Origin: an uncultured Treponema sp. | Lineage (GTDB): Bacteria; Spirochaetota; Spirochaetia; Treponematales; Treponemataceae | Assembly: GCA_964623405.1 (NCBI GenBank) | Contig: CAZURC010000004.1 | Coordinates: 1-41,982, forward strand | Direction: 5' to 3' | Length of the DNA stretch: 41,982 bases | Shown: positions 17,846 to 26,976 of the stretch, in pieces | Numbering within the stretch: position 1 is the first letter of the stretch | Layout: every line of letters begins with the position of its first letter | Position numbers and translations under genes: made by a program | The notes under the pieces: generated by a model | What the model saw: only the letters and a program-made list of their open reading frames with translations | Databases searched by the model: none | Told to the model about the DNA's origin: nothing

Positions 17846-20197
17846 ATGATTATAGCGATAGATGGACCGGCGGGAACAGGAAAGTCAACAATTGCGTCAT
17901 TGATAGCAGAAAAACTTGGAATTACGTATCTTAACAGCGGAAGCTTTTACCGTGCTCTTACAATGGCCGTCAACAAGGCTGGGCTTGATATAGGTGACCA
18001 GACAAAAGTCTTGGAGCTATGCAAGGAGCAGAATCTTGAGTATAAGAATTCAAGGCTCTATCTTAATGGAACTGATGTTGAGGATCATCTGCATGATGAC
18101 TCTGTGAGCGCAAATGTCGCGCAAGTTTCTTCTATTATTCCAATACGGCATCTTGTAAATGAGAAGATGAGAAAAATAACACAATCGCTGGATATCATAT
18201 GCGAGGGAAGGGATATGACAACTGTCGTTTTTCCTGACGCAGACTATAAATTCTATCTTGATGCGTCCATTGATGTCCAGGCGCAGCGCCGTTTTTCCCA
18301 GGGCGTGTCAAATATGACGCTTGATGAGGTAAAAGCGGCAATTATAAAGCGTGACGAGATAGACAGAAACAAGCCGGAAGGAGCTCTTAGGCGTGCGCCG
18401 GATGCTTTTTATATAGACACATCAAACTTGACTATAGAAGATGTTTGTGGAATAATACTAAGCAAAATTCAAAACAAAGGGTTTACTATGGAACAGAAGG
18501 AAGTGGAAGCGGAAGAGACAAAGAACTCTATCCAGACACAATTAGAGGAGTCTCTTAAGAGTTTTAAACCTCTTGAAGATGGTCAGCTTGTTGATGGCAC
18601 TGTAATTGCAGTTACAGATGATCTTGTTTTTATAAATATTGACGGAGCAAAATCAGAGGGAAAAATTCCTGTATCAGAGTTTGCTGGAAAACTGCCGAAT
18701 GTAGGTGATGTCTTGACTGTTCAGCTTGTAAAGCTTTTTGGACGAAATGGCCCGGAAGTTTCTTATACAAAAGCGCAGTCTAAGCAGCTTTGGAAGGATT
18801 TGCGCAAGGCTGCCGATGAGAAGACTCTCGTCGAAGGAACAATCGAGAAAGAAGTAAAAGGTGGATTCGAGGTAAACCTTGGCGGTGATATTCGCGCGTT
18901 CTTGCCAATAAGCCAGTCCGACAGCTCAAAGGTTGATGATCCTAAAAAGCTTCTGGGGACTGTTTCTAAATTCTATATTGAAAGACTTTATTCAGATAAC
19001 AAGGCTAATGTTGTTGTAAACCGCAGAAAATATCTCGAGGAGCAGATTAACAAGGCTCGTGATGAATTTTTCGCAAACACACAGGTTGGAGATACTGTAA
19101 AAGGTGTTGTGAAGTCCTTTACAAGTTTCGGCGCATTTGTTGACTTGGGAGGATTTGATGGTCTTCTGCATATAAACGATATGAGCTGGGGACATGTTAC
19201 ACGGCCGAAAGATTTTGTAAAAAAAGGGCAGGAGATAGAGCTTAAGGTTATTGCTCTTAATCCGGAAGATAAGAGAATCAATCTTTCTCTTAAGCATTTT
19301 ACAGAAGATCCTTGGGTTCATTTTGAGGATAAATATCATGTCGGTGATATTGTAGAAGGAACTGTCACAAAGCTTACAGACTTTGGCGCCTTTATCGAGC
19401 TAGAGGAAGGAATCGAAGGTCTTGCCCATATTTCAGAATTCAGCTGGACAAAGAAAATTAATAAGCCGGCAGATATGGTTAAGATTGGAGAGAAAATAAA
19501 GTGCATGGTTCTTGGATATGATATTCAGGCAGGGCGTGTTTCTCTTGGACTTAAGCAGACGACACCAAACCCATGGGATTCTATTGGCGAGAAATATACT
19601 ATTGGCTCTGTTGTGCATGGAAAAGTTGTAAAAATTACAAACGCAGGAGCCTTTATACAGCTTGAAGAGGGGATAGACGGATTCCTTCATGCGGAAGACA
19701 TCTCTTGGACAAAGAAAGTCAAGCATCCTGGAAGCGAGCTTTCTGTAGGACAGGAAGTCGATGTAAAGATTCTTGACGTGAATCCAGAGCAGAGACGGAT
19801 TACAGTTGGCATAAAGCAGGTTACAGATAATCCATGGGAGGCATTTGCTGAAAAGTATGAAGTCGGCTCGACCCTTGAAGGAGAAATCACTTCAATTACT
19901 GATTTTGGCGTTTTTGTAAAGACGCCAGAGGGAATTGAAGGGCTTGTAAACAAGGCCAATCTTAGCGATGACAAAGATGTTCCTTTTGAGGAAGCCGTTA
20001 AGAAATATAATGTCGGTGATAAGGTAAATGTCTATGTTATCGATATCAACGTTGATAAAGAAAAGGTTGGTTTTTCTGTCAAAGAATACAAGAAAGCCCA
20101 GGCTAGAAAGGAAATAAATCAGTATATGACTTCTTCTGACAATGCTGGCGGAGCATATACTCTAGGCGACATGCTTAACGATCAGAAAAACAGCTAA
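17846..20197 (+). CDS. cmk-rpsA: Bifunctional cytidylate kinase / 30S ribosomal protein S1 fusion
   Basis: IAIDGPAGTGKST and EGRD (Cmk) lie in one frame with multiple S1 repeats (FGAFVDLGGFDGLLHI, FGAFIELEEGIEGLAHISE). A GGAGG RBS precedes the ATG at 17846. Confidence 0.95.
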   Translation: MIIAIDGPAGTGKSTIASLIAEKLGITYLNSGSFYRALTMAVNKAGLDIGDQTKVLELCKEQNLEYKNSRLYLNGTDVEDHLHDDSVSANVAQVSSIIPIRHLVNEKMRKITQSLDIICEGRDMTTVVFPDADYKFYLDASIDVQAQRRFSQGVSNMTLDEVKAAIIKRDEIDRNKPEGALRRAPDAFYIDTSNLTIEDVCGIILSKIQNKGFTMEQKEVEAEETKNSIQTQLEESLKSFKPLEDGQLVDGTVIAVTDDLVFINIDGAKSEGKIPVSEFAGKLPNVGDVLTVQLVKLFGRNGPEVSYTKAQSKQLWKDLRKAADEKTLVEGTIEKEVKGGFEVNLGGDIRAFLPISQSDSSKVDDPKKLLGTVSKFYIERLYSDNKANVVVNRRKYLEEQINKARDEFFANTQVGDTVKGVVKSFTSFGAFVDLGGFDGLLHINDMSWGHVTRPKDFVKKGQEIELKVIALNPEDKRINLSLKHFTEDPWVHFEDKYHVGDIVEGTVTKLTDFGAFIELEEGIEGLAHISEFSWTKKINKPADMVKIGEKIKCMVLGYDIQAGRVSLGLKQTTPNPWDSIGEKYTIGSVVHGKVVKITNAGAFIQLEEGIDGFLHAEDISWTKKVKHPGSELSVGQEVDVKILDVNPEQRRITVGIKQVTDNPWEAFAEKYEVGSTLEGEITSITDFGVFVKTPEGIEGLVNKANLSDDKDVPFEEAVKKYNVGDKVNVYVIDINVDKEKVGFSVKEYKKAQARKEINQYMTSSDNAGGAYTLGDMLNDQKNS

Positions 20198-20217
20198 GTT
20201 GTCCCGATGAGTGAAAT

Positions 20218-21777
20218 ATGAATTCTCTGAGTTTAGAAAAATTAAAAACACTCATCGAGATTAATGGACGTATCAATTCCAAGTATTCAGACATAAACGC
20301 ATTGCTGGTTTATATACTTGAATCAGCAATGCGTCTTGTCGAATGTGAGGCTTCGTTGCTTCTCCTTGTCAATAAGGATGACGGCTCCTTGCGCTTTGTT
20401 GTTGCGCTCGGGCCGAAAGGAGCAGAGGCAAAAAATATTCCAGTAGAAAGGAACAGTATTGCAGGTTGGGTTGCGGAGCATAACAAACATGTTATTGTAA
20501 ACAATGCCGCAACAGATCCGCGGTTTTCCAATACAGTTCAGATAAAGACTGGCTACATAACAAAGACTATGATTGCTATTCCTATGCATGTAAAAGGGCA
20601 GTGCATAGGAGTGATTGAGCTCATAAACAAGCTGGGCGCAAGGAATTTTGACAAGTCAGATTTGGAGATTCTTGAGCTTCTTTCTGATCAGGCGGGAATT
20701 GCCTATTTGAATGCGGCTGCGTTCCGCTCTGCAAAGGATAATATTTCAGTCTTACAGAGCAATATAAAGAGCGGAAGCGATTATCATCCTTTTGTTGTGA
20801 AGAGCGCGGCTGTCATGGACTTGCTTCATGTTATTGATGAAGTTGCGAAGGCCAACACAACGATTCTTATTACAGGCGAAAGCGGAGTTGGAAAAGAGCT
20901 TTTTGCTGAGCAGATACATCTTCGCTCTGCAAGGAACGGCAAGCCTTTTGTTCGTGTGAACTGTGCGGCTCTTTCTTCATCGCTGCTCGAAAGCGAGCTC
21001 TTTGGACATGTAAAAGGCGCTTTCACAGATGCTGTTTCTGACAGAAAGGGCCGCTTTGAGGCTGCAGACGGCGGAACTTTGTTTCTCGATGAGATCGGAG
21101 AGCTCCCGCTTGAGCTTCAGGCAAAGTTGCTTAGGGTGCTTCAAAACCATACTTTTGAGAGGGTCGGTTCTAGCAAAACTGTTTCTGTTGATGTACGAAT
21201 TGTCGCCGCTACAAACCGTAATCTTGAAAAAATGGTGGAGGAAGGCTCATTCCGCAGTGATTTGTTTTACCGTCTTAACGTTATGCCATTGAATATTCCG
21301 CCGTTAAGAGAACGAAAAGAGGATATTCTTCCTCTTGCCAAGTTCTTTCTTTCAAAGTTCGGGAATGAGACAAAGAAAAGCTTTGACGGCTTTTCACCAT
21401 CCGCAGAGAATGCGCTGCTTGACTATTACTGGCCTGGGAATATCCGTGAGCTGGAGAATTCCATTGAGCGGGCTTGTGTCCTTGGAACGCCGCCTATTAT
21501 ACAGGCAGAGGATCTTAGAATTTCTGTATCTTTGCCTGCCAGCATGAAGAATTCCGGCGCAGTATCTGAGGACAGTGAGTATGATGACATTGCGCAGGAT
21601 TTTTCGAATCCTGAGGATGGAGACCGGTCATTGAAAACGGCAATAAATAAATTTAAGGCAGCATACTTAAAGAAAATCCTTAATGAGACTTCATGGAACC
21701 AGACTGCCGCCGGTAAGATTTTGGGAATTCAGCGTACCTATGTTTCCCGTTTGCTTAACGAGCTTCATATACGCTAA
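20218..21777 (+). CDS. Sigma54-dependent enhancer-binding protein (GAF-AAA+-Fis HTH)
   Basis: N-terminal GAF; GESGVGKE, ESELFGHVKGAFTDA, LFLDEIGE, WPGNIRELEN and a C-terminal HTH. Confidence 0.93.
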   Translation: MNSLSLEKLKTLIEINGRINSKYSDINALLVYILESAMRLVECEASLLLLVNKDDGSLRFVVALGPKGAEAKNIPVERNSIAGWVAEHNKHVIVNNAATDPRFSNTVQIKTGYITKTMIAIPMHVKGQCIGVIELINKLGARNFDKSDLEILELLSDQAGIAYLNAAAFRSAKDNISVLQSNIKSGSDYHPFVVKSAAVMDLLHVIDEVAKANTTILITGESGVGKELFAEQIHLRSARNGKPFVRVNCAALSSSLLESELFGHVKGAFTDAVSDRKGRFEAADGGTLFLDEIGELPLELQAKLLRVLQNHTFERVGSSKTVSVDVRIVAATNRNLEKMVEEGSFRSDLFYRLNVMPLNIPPLRERKEDILPLAKFFLSKFGNETKKSFDGFSPSAENALLDYYWPGNIRELENSIERACVLGTPPIIQAEDLRISVSLPASMKNSGAVSEDSEYDDIAQDFSNPEDGDRSLKTAINKFKAAYLKKILNETSWNQTAAGKILGIQRTYVSRLLNELHIR

Positions 21778-21844
21778 AATATAAAAAAGTAAAGGAAGCA
21801 ATCTTCAGACAAGTGTTTTGATGTTCGCTTCTTAGGAGTAATTT

Positions 21845-22516
21845 ATGGCAAATAATGTATCTGCGCCATCTTCAAAAATCGGCGGTTTCCTTGAGAGAAA
21901 TGTAAGGCTGCTGATTGGAATTATCGTTGTTGTTATTGTCTTTGTTGCTGTTGTTGTTATAAGCTCTTCAATACGCTCAAAGTCTGTCGCAAAAGGACTT
22001 TCTGCGATTGATTCAATTGAATATGCTTTCCGCAAGGATACTGACGGACTTTCAGAAGAAGAATTTGCTTTGCGCCAGGATACGGCTCTTGCTGATTTAG
22101 AGCAGCTTGCTTCTAAGGGCGGAATTATCGGAGCGCGCGCAAATATGCTGAAGGGCGAGATTCTTTTTGAGAAACAGGATTATGAGAAAAGCCGTGATGC
22201 CTGGGCAAAAGCCGCAGGCTCAAAGAAAGGAATCTACACAGCTCCGATTTGCAACTACAATGCGGCTGTATGCTCTGAGAACCTGAATGACCTTGACGGA
22301 GCGTTGTCTTACTATGAGAAGGCTGTTGCCGCAAAAGATTTCTATCTTGTTGACCATGCGTATTTCAGCATTGGCCGTGTGAATGAGGCAAAAGGAGATT
22401 TTGACGCCGCTCTTGCCGCCTATGAGAAACTTGAGGAGCTGCATCCTTCCTCAAGATGGGCGCCGCTTGCAAAGGACAGAGTTATTGCTATAAAGGCTAA
22501 TGCCTCTGCGAACTAG
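21845..22516 (+). CDS. Membrane-anchored TPR protein (YfgM-like)
   Basis: One N-terminal TM helix followed by TPRs; AGGAG RBS. Confidence 0.75.
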   Translation: MANNVSAPSSKIGGFLERNVRLLIGIIVVVIVFVAVVVISSSIRSKSVAKGLSAIDSIEYAFRKDTDGLSEEEFALRQDTALADLEQLASKGGIIGARANMLKGEILFEKQDYEKSRDAWAKAAGSKKGIYTAPICNYNAAVCSENLNDLDGALSYYEKAVAAKDFYLVDHAYFSIGRVNEAKGDFDAALAAYEKLEELHPSSRWAPLAKDRVIAIKANASAN

Positions 22517-22569
22517 CGGCTCTTGTCTTAGTGTAACCTTAGATTTGAGTTTCTTGTTTTATATTCGCT

Positions 22570-23472
22570 ATGTGTGTAAGCTTTCGTTCAGCAGCTAGAT
22601 TTTTCCATACAGGACTTCTTGTTGCTGCGGGAGCTTTGTTTTTTTCCTGCGGACTTGAAGAGATAATAACCGTCAATGCTCCTGTAACCACGTATATCGA
22701 TACTCTTTATAGTTCAACCGAGCCATTGAGCTGGTACTGTTCTTTCGCCACAGAAGAGGGCGGACAGCCGGATTCTTTTGTCGGAACAGAAGTCTACTAC
22801 AAGATTTACAACAACTCTTCAAATCTTGCGACACAATGCAACGCAATAAAAAGTGTGAATACAACGAGCAATGCCTCCGCCGCGGCCACAAGAATGATAA
22901 CAACCTATTCTTACCAGCCATTAAGCGTTGAGCCTTCTGTGAGCGGACAGACCGTGTTTGTTCCAAATAGCGGCGGCAATACAAAAATCACGTTCCGGCC
23001 GAAGACCCGCACAGGAAACGAGAATTACTCCGGTGAAATCTTTGAGCAATTCCGTGCCTGTGTAAAGTATGAAGATCAGCTTCGGGGATTTGTTTTCGGG
23101 GGTTCCGCTCTTATGTTTTTATATTATGACAGCAGCACAGAAAGCTGGAGCTATTCATCTTCTTATAATGCAAGCGGAAGCGGCTACACGGCCGTTGATT
23201 ACTCAGACATAAATTTCTTGATTCCTTACCGCAGCAACGGCAAGTCGTTTGACTTCTTTGATGAGCTTGACACAGATTCAGATGAGAATGTGGAGCCGGA
23301 GGAGGGCGATGATGACTATTACTATAACAGCACAGCCTCCGCGGACAACATTTATTACGTTCAGTTTTTCGCTGTGGGAGTGGCATTTGACACCGCGAAC
23401 CTCACAAATTCCTACAGTCTTGTCCTTGACTTAGGCTCAATTCCGATAGCGGATGATGATCTTGTGCAATAG
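22570..23472 (+). CDS. Putative lipoprotein
   Basis: Spirochetal lipobox LFFSC; acidic, Ser/Tyr-rich mature part. Confidence 0.7.
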   Translation: MCVSFRSAARFFHTGLLVAAGALFFSCGLEEIITVNAPVTTYIDTLYSSTEPLSWYCSFATEEGGQPDSFVGTEVYYKIYNNSSNLATQCNAIKSVNTTSNASAAATRMITTYSYQPLSVEPSVSGQTVFVPNSGGNTKITFRPKTRTGNENYSGEIFEQFRACVKYEDQLRGFVFGGSALMFLYYDSSTESWSYSSSYNASGSGYTAVDYSDINFLIPYRSNGKSFDFFDELDTDSDENVEPEEGDDDYYYNSTASADNIYYVQFFAVGVAFDTANLTNSYSLVLDLGSIPIADDDLVQ

Positions 23473-23497
23473 AATCTGCGCGCGCAGTGCCCATAGC

Positions 23498-23530
23498 AAA
23501 AAAAAGAAGCCCATCACTGACAGGCTTCTT
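23498..23530. terminator. Terminator between the lipoprotein gene and the tRNA
   Basis: AAGAAGCC / GGCTTCTT stem with a preceding A-run (T-run on the minus strand). Confidence 0.7.
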
Positions 23531-23534
23531 CTCT

Positions 23535-23609
23535 TGAGACTGGGCAGGTTCGAACTGCCGACCCTCTGCTTAGAAGGCAGATGCTCTAATCCAGCTGAGC
23601 TACAATCTC
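23535..23609 (-). tRNA. tRNA-Arg(UCU), CCA not encoded
   Basis: GAGATTGTAGCTCAGCTGGATTAGAGCATCTGCCTTCTAAGCAGAGGGTCGGCAGTTCGAACCTGCCCAGTCTCA folds as a cloverleaf with anticodon loop CTTCTAA and T-loop TTCGAAC. Confidence 0.97.
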
Positions 23610-23622
23610 ATTAGATTTTTAT

Positions 23623-23651
23623 ACTATAGCAAAAATACCTTTTTTATGCAA
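23623..23651 (-). promoter_or_regulatory. Sigma70 promoter of tRNA-Arg
   Basis: TTGCAT-N17-TATAGT with a TG extension on the minus strand. Confidence 0.7.
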
Positions 23652-23659
23652 CCTTATGT

Positions 23660-24682
23660 CTAATTAACATCTTCCGCTATTTTTAAGTATTGCCAGTAAT
23701 TCTTATCCTCCTGCCCGATTCTCCAGAAACTCAAGGCTTTTATGCCGCAGTCTGCATACATCCTTGTCCTTGCCAGTAGAGAAACCGCATCATCGTAGAA
23801 GAACGTTATCTTCAGATTCTTTTTTATCTCAAAGCTAGGGATCTCATATTCATCTCTCTTATGGTTTCTTGTCCTGTTTTCCGCCATGATTTCCTGCAAG
23901 CTTTGATAGATGTATGCCTTGCCGCCGATTGTGTCGTCCCGCCATGCCCGTCCGTAGAATGACATTCCCATCACGAGCTTTTCCGGTGGAATCTGGCTTT
24001 TTGCGTATTCGGCGATCTTTCTGCACCAGTCTGTCTCCGCTATTGCTCCGGGGGAGCTTGTGGCCCAGTGCTGGTCGTATGCCATGATAATTATCTGGTC
24101 TGCGGCCTGCGCCATGTCCTTGTATGCGTATGCGTCTTTTGACAGAGTCTTTAGCCTTGCTGGAATAGCGACAGTAAGCGGCTTTTCTCCAATACGGCTC
24201 TTTAGAATCCTGAGAAACTCTATGTAGTTGTCCTTGTCCTCTGCGCTTACAAGCTCCCAGTCAATCTGAAGCCCGTCGTATGTTTGAGTGGCTTTCACAA
24301 GGCCGTCTATGATTGTGTCGCGCAATGGCAGGGCGGGCGAAAGCAGAAGATGGGTTTGCGCGCGCGAGTCGCAGCTTGTCACCAGATGGACATTTGCCTT
24401 GCAGCTTGAGAAATACTTATCCTTTGGAGGAATTTCAGGCACTTCGCTGAATGTTGTTATTGCCTGTGTAAAATACCCAATATCCGAGACAGGAAGATTG
24501 TTGTCCCATTTGTCTTCCCGCCCGTACATCACATATCCCCAGACCTGCTCAAATTCAACTGCGTCTGGAGAACTGGATGGAAGTGGAAAGCTCCCGCTGC
24601 TGTCTGCCTGCCTGGTTGACGCGCAGGAAGCCAATGCAAATGACATGAGAAGCATGACAGTTAATATCTTAAAGTTTTTCAT
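23660..24682 (-). CDS. GH18 family glycosyl hydrolase lipoprotein
   Basis: Lipobox ALASC; YDGLQIDWE (DxxDxDxE variant), IMAYDQH, KLVMGMSFYG and FWRIGQE. The start was moved to MKNFKIL at 24682. Confidence 0.85.
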   Translation of the reverse strand: MKNFKILTVMLLMSFALASCASTRQADSSGSFPLPSSSPDAVEFEQVWGYVMYGREDKWDNNLPVSDIGYFTQAITTFSEVPEIPPKDKYFSSCKANVHLVTSCDSRAQTHLLLSPALPLRDTIIDGLVKATQTYDGLQIDWELVSAEDKDNYIEFLRILKSRIGEKPLTVAIPARLKTLSKDAYAYKDMAQAADQIIIMAYDQHWATSSPGAIAETDWCRKIAEYAKSQIPPEKLVMGMSFYGRAWRDDTIGGKAYIYQSLQEIMAENRTRNHKRDEYEIPSFEIKKNLKITFFYDDAVSLLARTRMYADCGIKALSFWRIGQEDKNYWQYLKIAEDVN

Positions 24683-24689
24683 TATTTTA

Positions 24690-24716
24690 TTATCGGAGAT
24701 GCGCAGTATTGCTTGA
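24690..24716 (-). promoter_or_regulatory. Putative sigma28 (FliA) promoter directly upstream of the GH18 ATG
   Basis: The minus strand reads TCAA-N15-TCCGATAA, then 7 nt, then ATG. Confidence 0.55.
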
Positions 24717-24727
24717 ACGGCTTTATG

Positions 24728-24764
24728 AAAAAAAAATCCGGCAACGCGGTTATGCATTGCCGGA
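24728..24764 (-). terminator. Terminator of the uracil permease gene
   Basis: TCCGGCAA / TTGCCGGA stem plus a 9-T run on the minus strand. Confidence 0.8.
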
Positions 24765-24788
24765 GAAAATATCATGACTAAATGCTAG

Positions 24789-26147
24789 CTAGTCTTGATT
24801 GTTTTCTGTCTTTGTTTCCTCATTTTCTGCGGTTTTTCTTCCTAGAATGATATTTGTGAGAATTCCGAGAATAAGAGCGCAGGCTACAGTGCGGATTTCA
24901 ACAGCTCCGAATTTCACAACCATTCCGCCTACGCCGGTGATGAATATCACTGACGCCACAAAGAGATTCCTGTTGTCGTTCAAGTCAACTTTCTGGAACA
25001 TCTTGAAGCCAGAGACTGCGATAAATCCGTAAAGCGCAATGCACACTCCTCCCATGACGCAGCTTGGTATTGTCTCAAGGAATGCGACAAGAGGACTTAT
25101 CAGGGAGAATAGAATGCACAGAATTGAGCAGCCCCAGATTGAGACTGTTGACGCGTTTCTTGTGATTGCCACGCAGCCGATTGACTCTCCGTAAGTCGTG
25201 TTTGGACAGCCTCCGAACAGTGTTGAGACCATTGTTCCGACTCCATCTCCTAGCAGCGTGCGTGTGAGGCCTGGAGTTTCGAGAAGATTAATCCCTATTA
25301 TAGAAGAAAGGTTCTTGTGGTCTGCAAGGTGCTCAGCAAAGACAACAAATGCGACAGGAACATAGGCCGCAAAAAGCGTTAAGATATATGTCGGTGTTAT
25401 GCCTTTTAATCCTTCAATTCCGCCAAGAGCAAACGTGAACTTAGGCAGCGCGAACAAGCTCTTTACATCAAGCAGGGCTTTATAGTTGATTACAACAAGA
25501 GCCGTGTTTCCACTTCCGTACCCGATAAGGGCGAATACAGAAGCGGCAAGGTATCCTGCAAGAATTCCTATGATGAAAGGAATAAGCCGTCCAATCTTCT
25601 TGCCGTAAGTCGAGCAAAGCATTGTTACTGCGAGTGTTATGAGTCCGCATATCAGGGCGACATATACGCTTCCGCCGTCTGAGGAAGACCTCATAAGGTC
25701 TCCTACGGCATTTGCCGAAAGGCTTAGTCCTATTATCGAGACTGTCGGTCCGATTATTACCGGAGGCATAAGGGAGTCAATCCATTTTACTCCGAAGCAT
25801 TTTACTGCGATAGCGATTATTACATAGACAAGGCCTGCCATAAGCGCGCCTATTATCAGTCCCCAGTAGCCTATTGCAAGCGATGCCGCTCCTCCGAACG
25901 CGCTGAGCATAGAGCCTATAAAGGCAAAGGAGCTCCCTAAGAAGACAGGGCTTGAGCTTTTTGTAAACAGCAGATAGACAAATGTTCCAACTCCTGCTCC
26001 AAAGAGAGCCGCGGAAGCGCTGAGACCGTTGCCTACAATCGCCGGAACTGCGATTGTAGCCGCCATGATTGCTAGAAGCTGCTGAAGTGAGAACAAGAGC
26101 GTTTTTCCTATTCCAGGCTTGTCCTTAATTCCATAAATCAATTCCAT
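24789..26147 (-). CDS. uraA: Uracil/xanthine permease (NCS2 family)
   Basis: Motifs SLQQLLAIMAATIAVP, PVFLGSSFAF, AEHLADH, TLLGDG and GGCPNTTYGE. Confidence 0.9.
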   Translation of the reverse strand: MELIYGIKDKPGIGKTLLFSLQQLLAIMAATIAVPAIVGNGLSASAALFGAGVGTFVYLLFTKSSSPVFLGSSFAFIGSMLSAFGGAASLAIGYWGLIIGALMAGLVYVIIAIAVKCFGVKWIDSLMPPVIIGPTVSIIGLSLSANAVGDLMRSSSDGGSVYVALICGLITLAVTMLCSTYGKKIGRLIPFIIGILAGYLAASVFALIGYGSGNTALVVINYKALLDVKSLFALPKFTFALGGIEGLKGITPTYILTLFAAYVPVAFVVFAEHLADHKNLSSIIGINLLETPGLTRTLLGDGVGTMVSTLFGGCPNTTYGESIGCVAITRNASTVSIWGCSILCILFSLISPLVAFLETIPSCVMGGVCIALYGFIAVSGFKMFQKVDLNDNRNLFVASVIFITGVGGMVVKFGAVEIRTVACALILGILTNIILGRKTAENEETKTENNQD

Positions 26148-26190
26148 ATTATTATTTCCCAATGACATATATGATAAAGATGAAATGGCC

Positions 26191-26227
26191 AAAAAAAAGA
26201 CTGAGAACCGGAATGGGCCTCAGTCTT
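26191..26227 (-). terminator. Terminator of the lipoprotein gene
   Basis: AAGACTGAG / CTCAGTCTT stem plus a T-run on the minus strand. Confidence 0.8.
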
Positions 26228-26249
26228 CATTGACTAGCTATAGGCTAAT

Positions 26250-26858
26250 TTATTTAGCTTCAACTTTTACACCGTAGATACGTGTTCCAGAAGCCTTGAT
26301 TGAGTAAGCGCCTGCAACATCAGCATCGAAAGAAAGCTCTGATTTAGCATCCTGTCCGAGGTTGTCTACAGTTGTAAGAAGAGTTCCGTCTGGAGCGAAA
26401 ATACCGAATACGCGTGCTGGTGTAGCGTCTCCGTTTCCAGAGATTGTCAATGTAACTTTAGAAGGTGATTTTACAACAAGCTCAAATGCAGCCTGGAATA
26501 CATCTTTGATGTTGTCTTTGTTAGAAGCTGCCTTGTTCTGCAGGTAGAGGGCTGTTCCAAGACCTTCTGTCTTGAATTTAGCTTTTCCAGCAACTGCCGC
26601 GAACTCTGCATCGAGAGGGTTAGAAACAGGATCAAGAATGAAGCGGTCATCGATAACTGTATCATCTGTTCCGATGTCTGAGAGAGGGATCTTTGCCCAT
26701 TCCCATACAGAAGCTGATCCAGTAGCTGCCTGTGAAGCAGCTGGAGCTGCCGCTGATGAAGATGAATCTGAAGCTGCCGCTGTAGATCCACATGACGCGA
26801 GCAATGCAACTGCTGCAAGCGCCGCAATAGCTGTTGTTACTTTTGTAACCAATTTCAT
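26250..26858 (-). CDS. Lipoprotein with Ser/Ala linker and beta-rich domain
   Basis: Lipobox LLASC, linker AAASDSSSSAAAPAAS, strong AGGAGG RBS and its own terminator. Confidence 0.8.
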   Translation of the reverse strand: MKLVTKVTTAIAALAAVALLASCGSTAAASDSSSSAAAPAASQAATGSASVWEWAKIPLSDIGTDDTVIDDRFILDPVSNPLDAEFAAVAGKAKFKTEGLGTALYLQNKAASNKDNIKDVFQAAFELVVKSPSKVTLTISGNGDATPARVFGIFAPDGTLLTTVDNLGQDAKSELSFDADVAGAYSIKASGTRIYGVKVEAK

Positions 26859-26976
26859 TATAATATCTCCTCCTTAATTGAGATTAATACTAGTTTAACA
26901 TTCTCCATGTAATTTTAACAGTCTTTTATTTGTAAATTTACGATATTTTTTAAGATATTATAAAAAAATGCTATTT

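Noticed and set aside
17846-20197. cmk-rpsA fusion as an assembly error or a novelty in itself
   Set aside because: The fusion is already known in Treponema and the frame is clean; only the internal start is reported as a finding.
23535-23609. tRNA-Arg as an integration site
   Set aside because: No duplicated tRNA 3' end and no mobile genes nearby; the integrase is 17 kb away across core genes.
26148-26249. PyrR attenuator upstream of uraA
   Set aside because: No AGTCCAGAGAGGC-like PyrR loop is present; the only hairpin is the terminator of the upstream gene.
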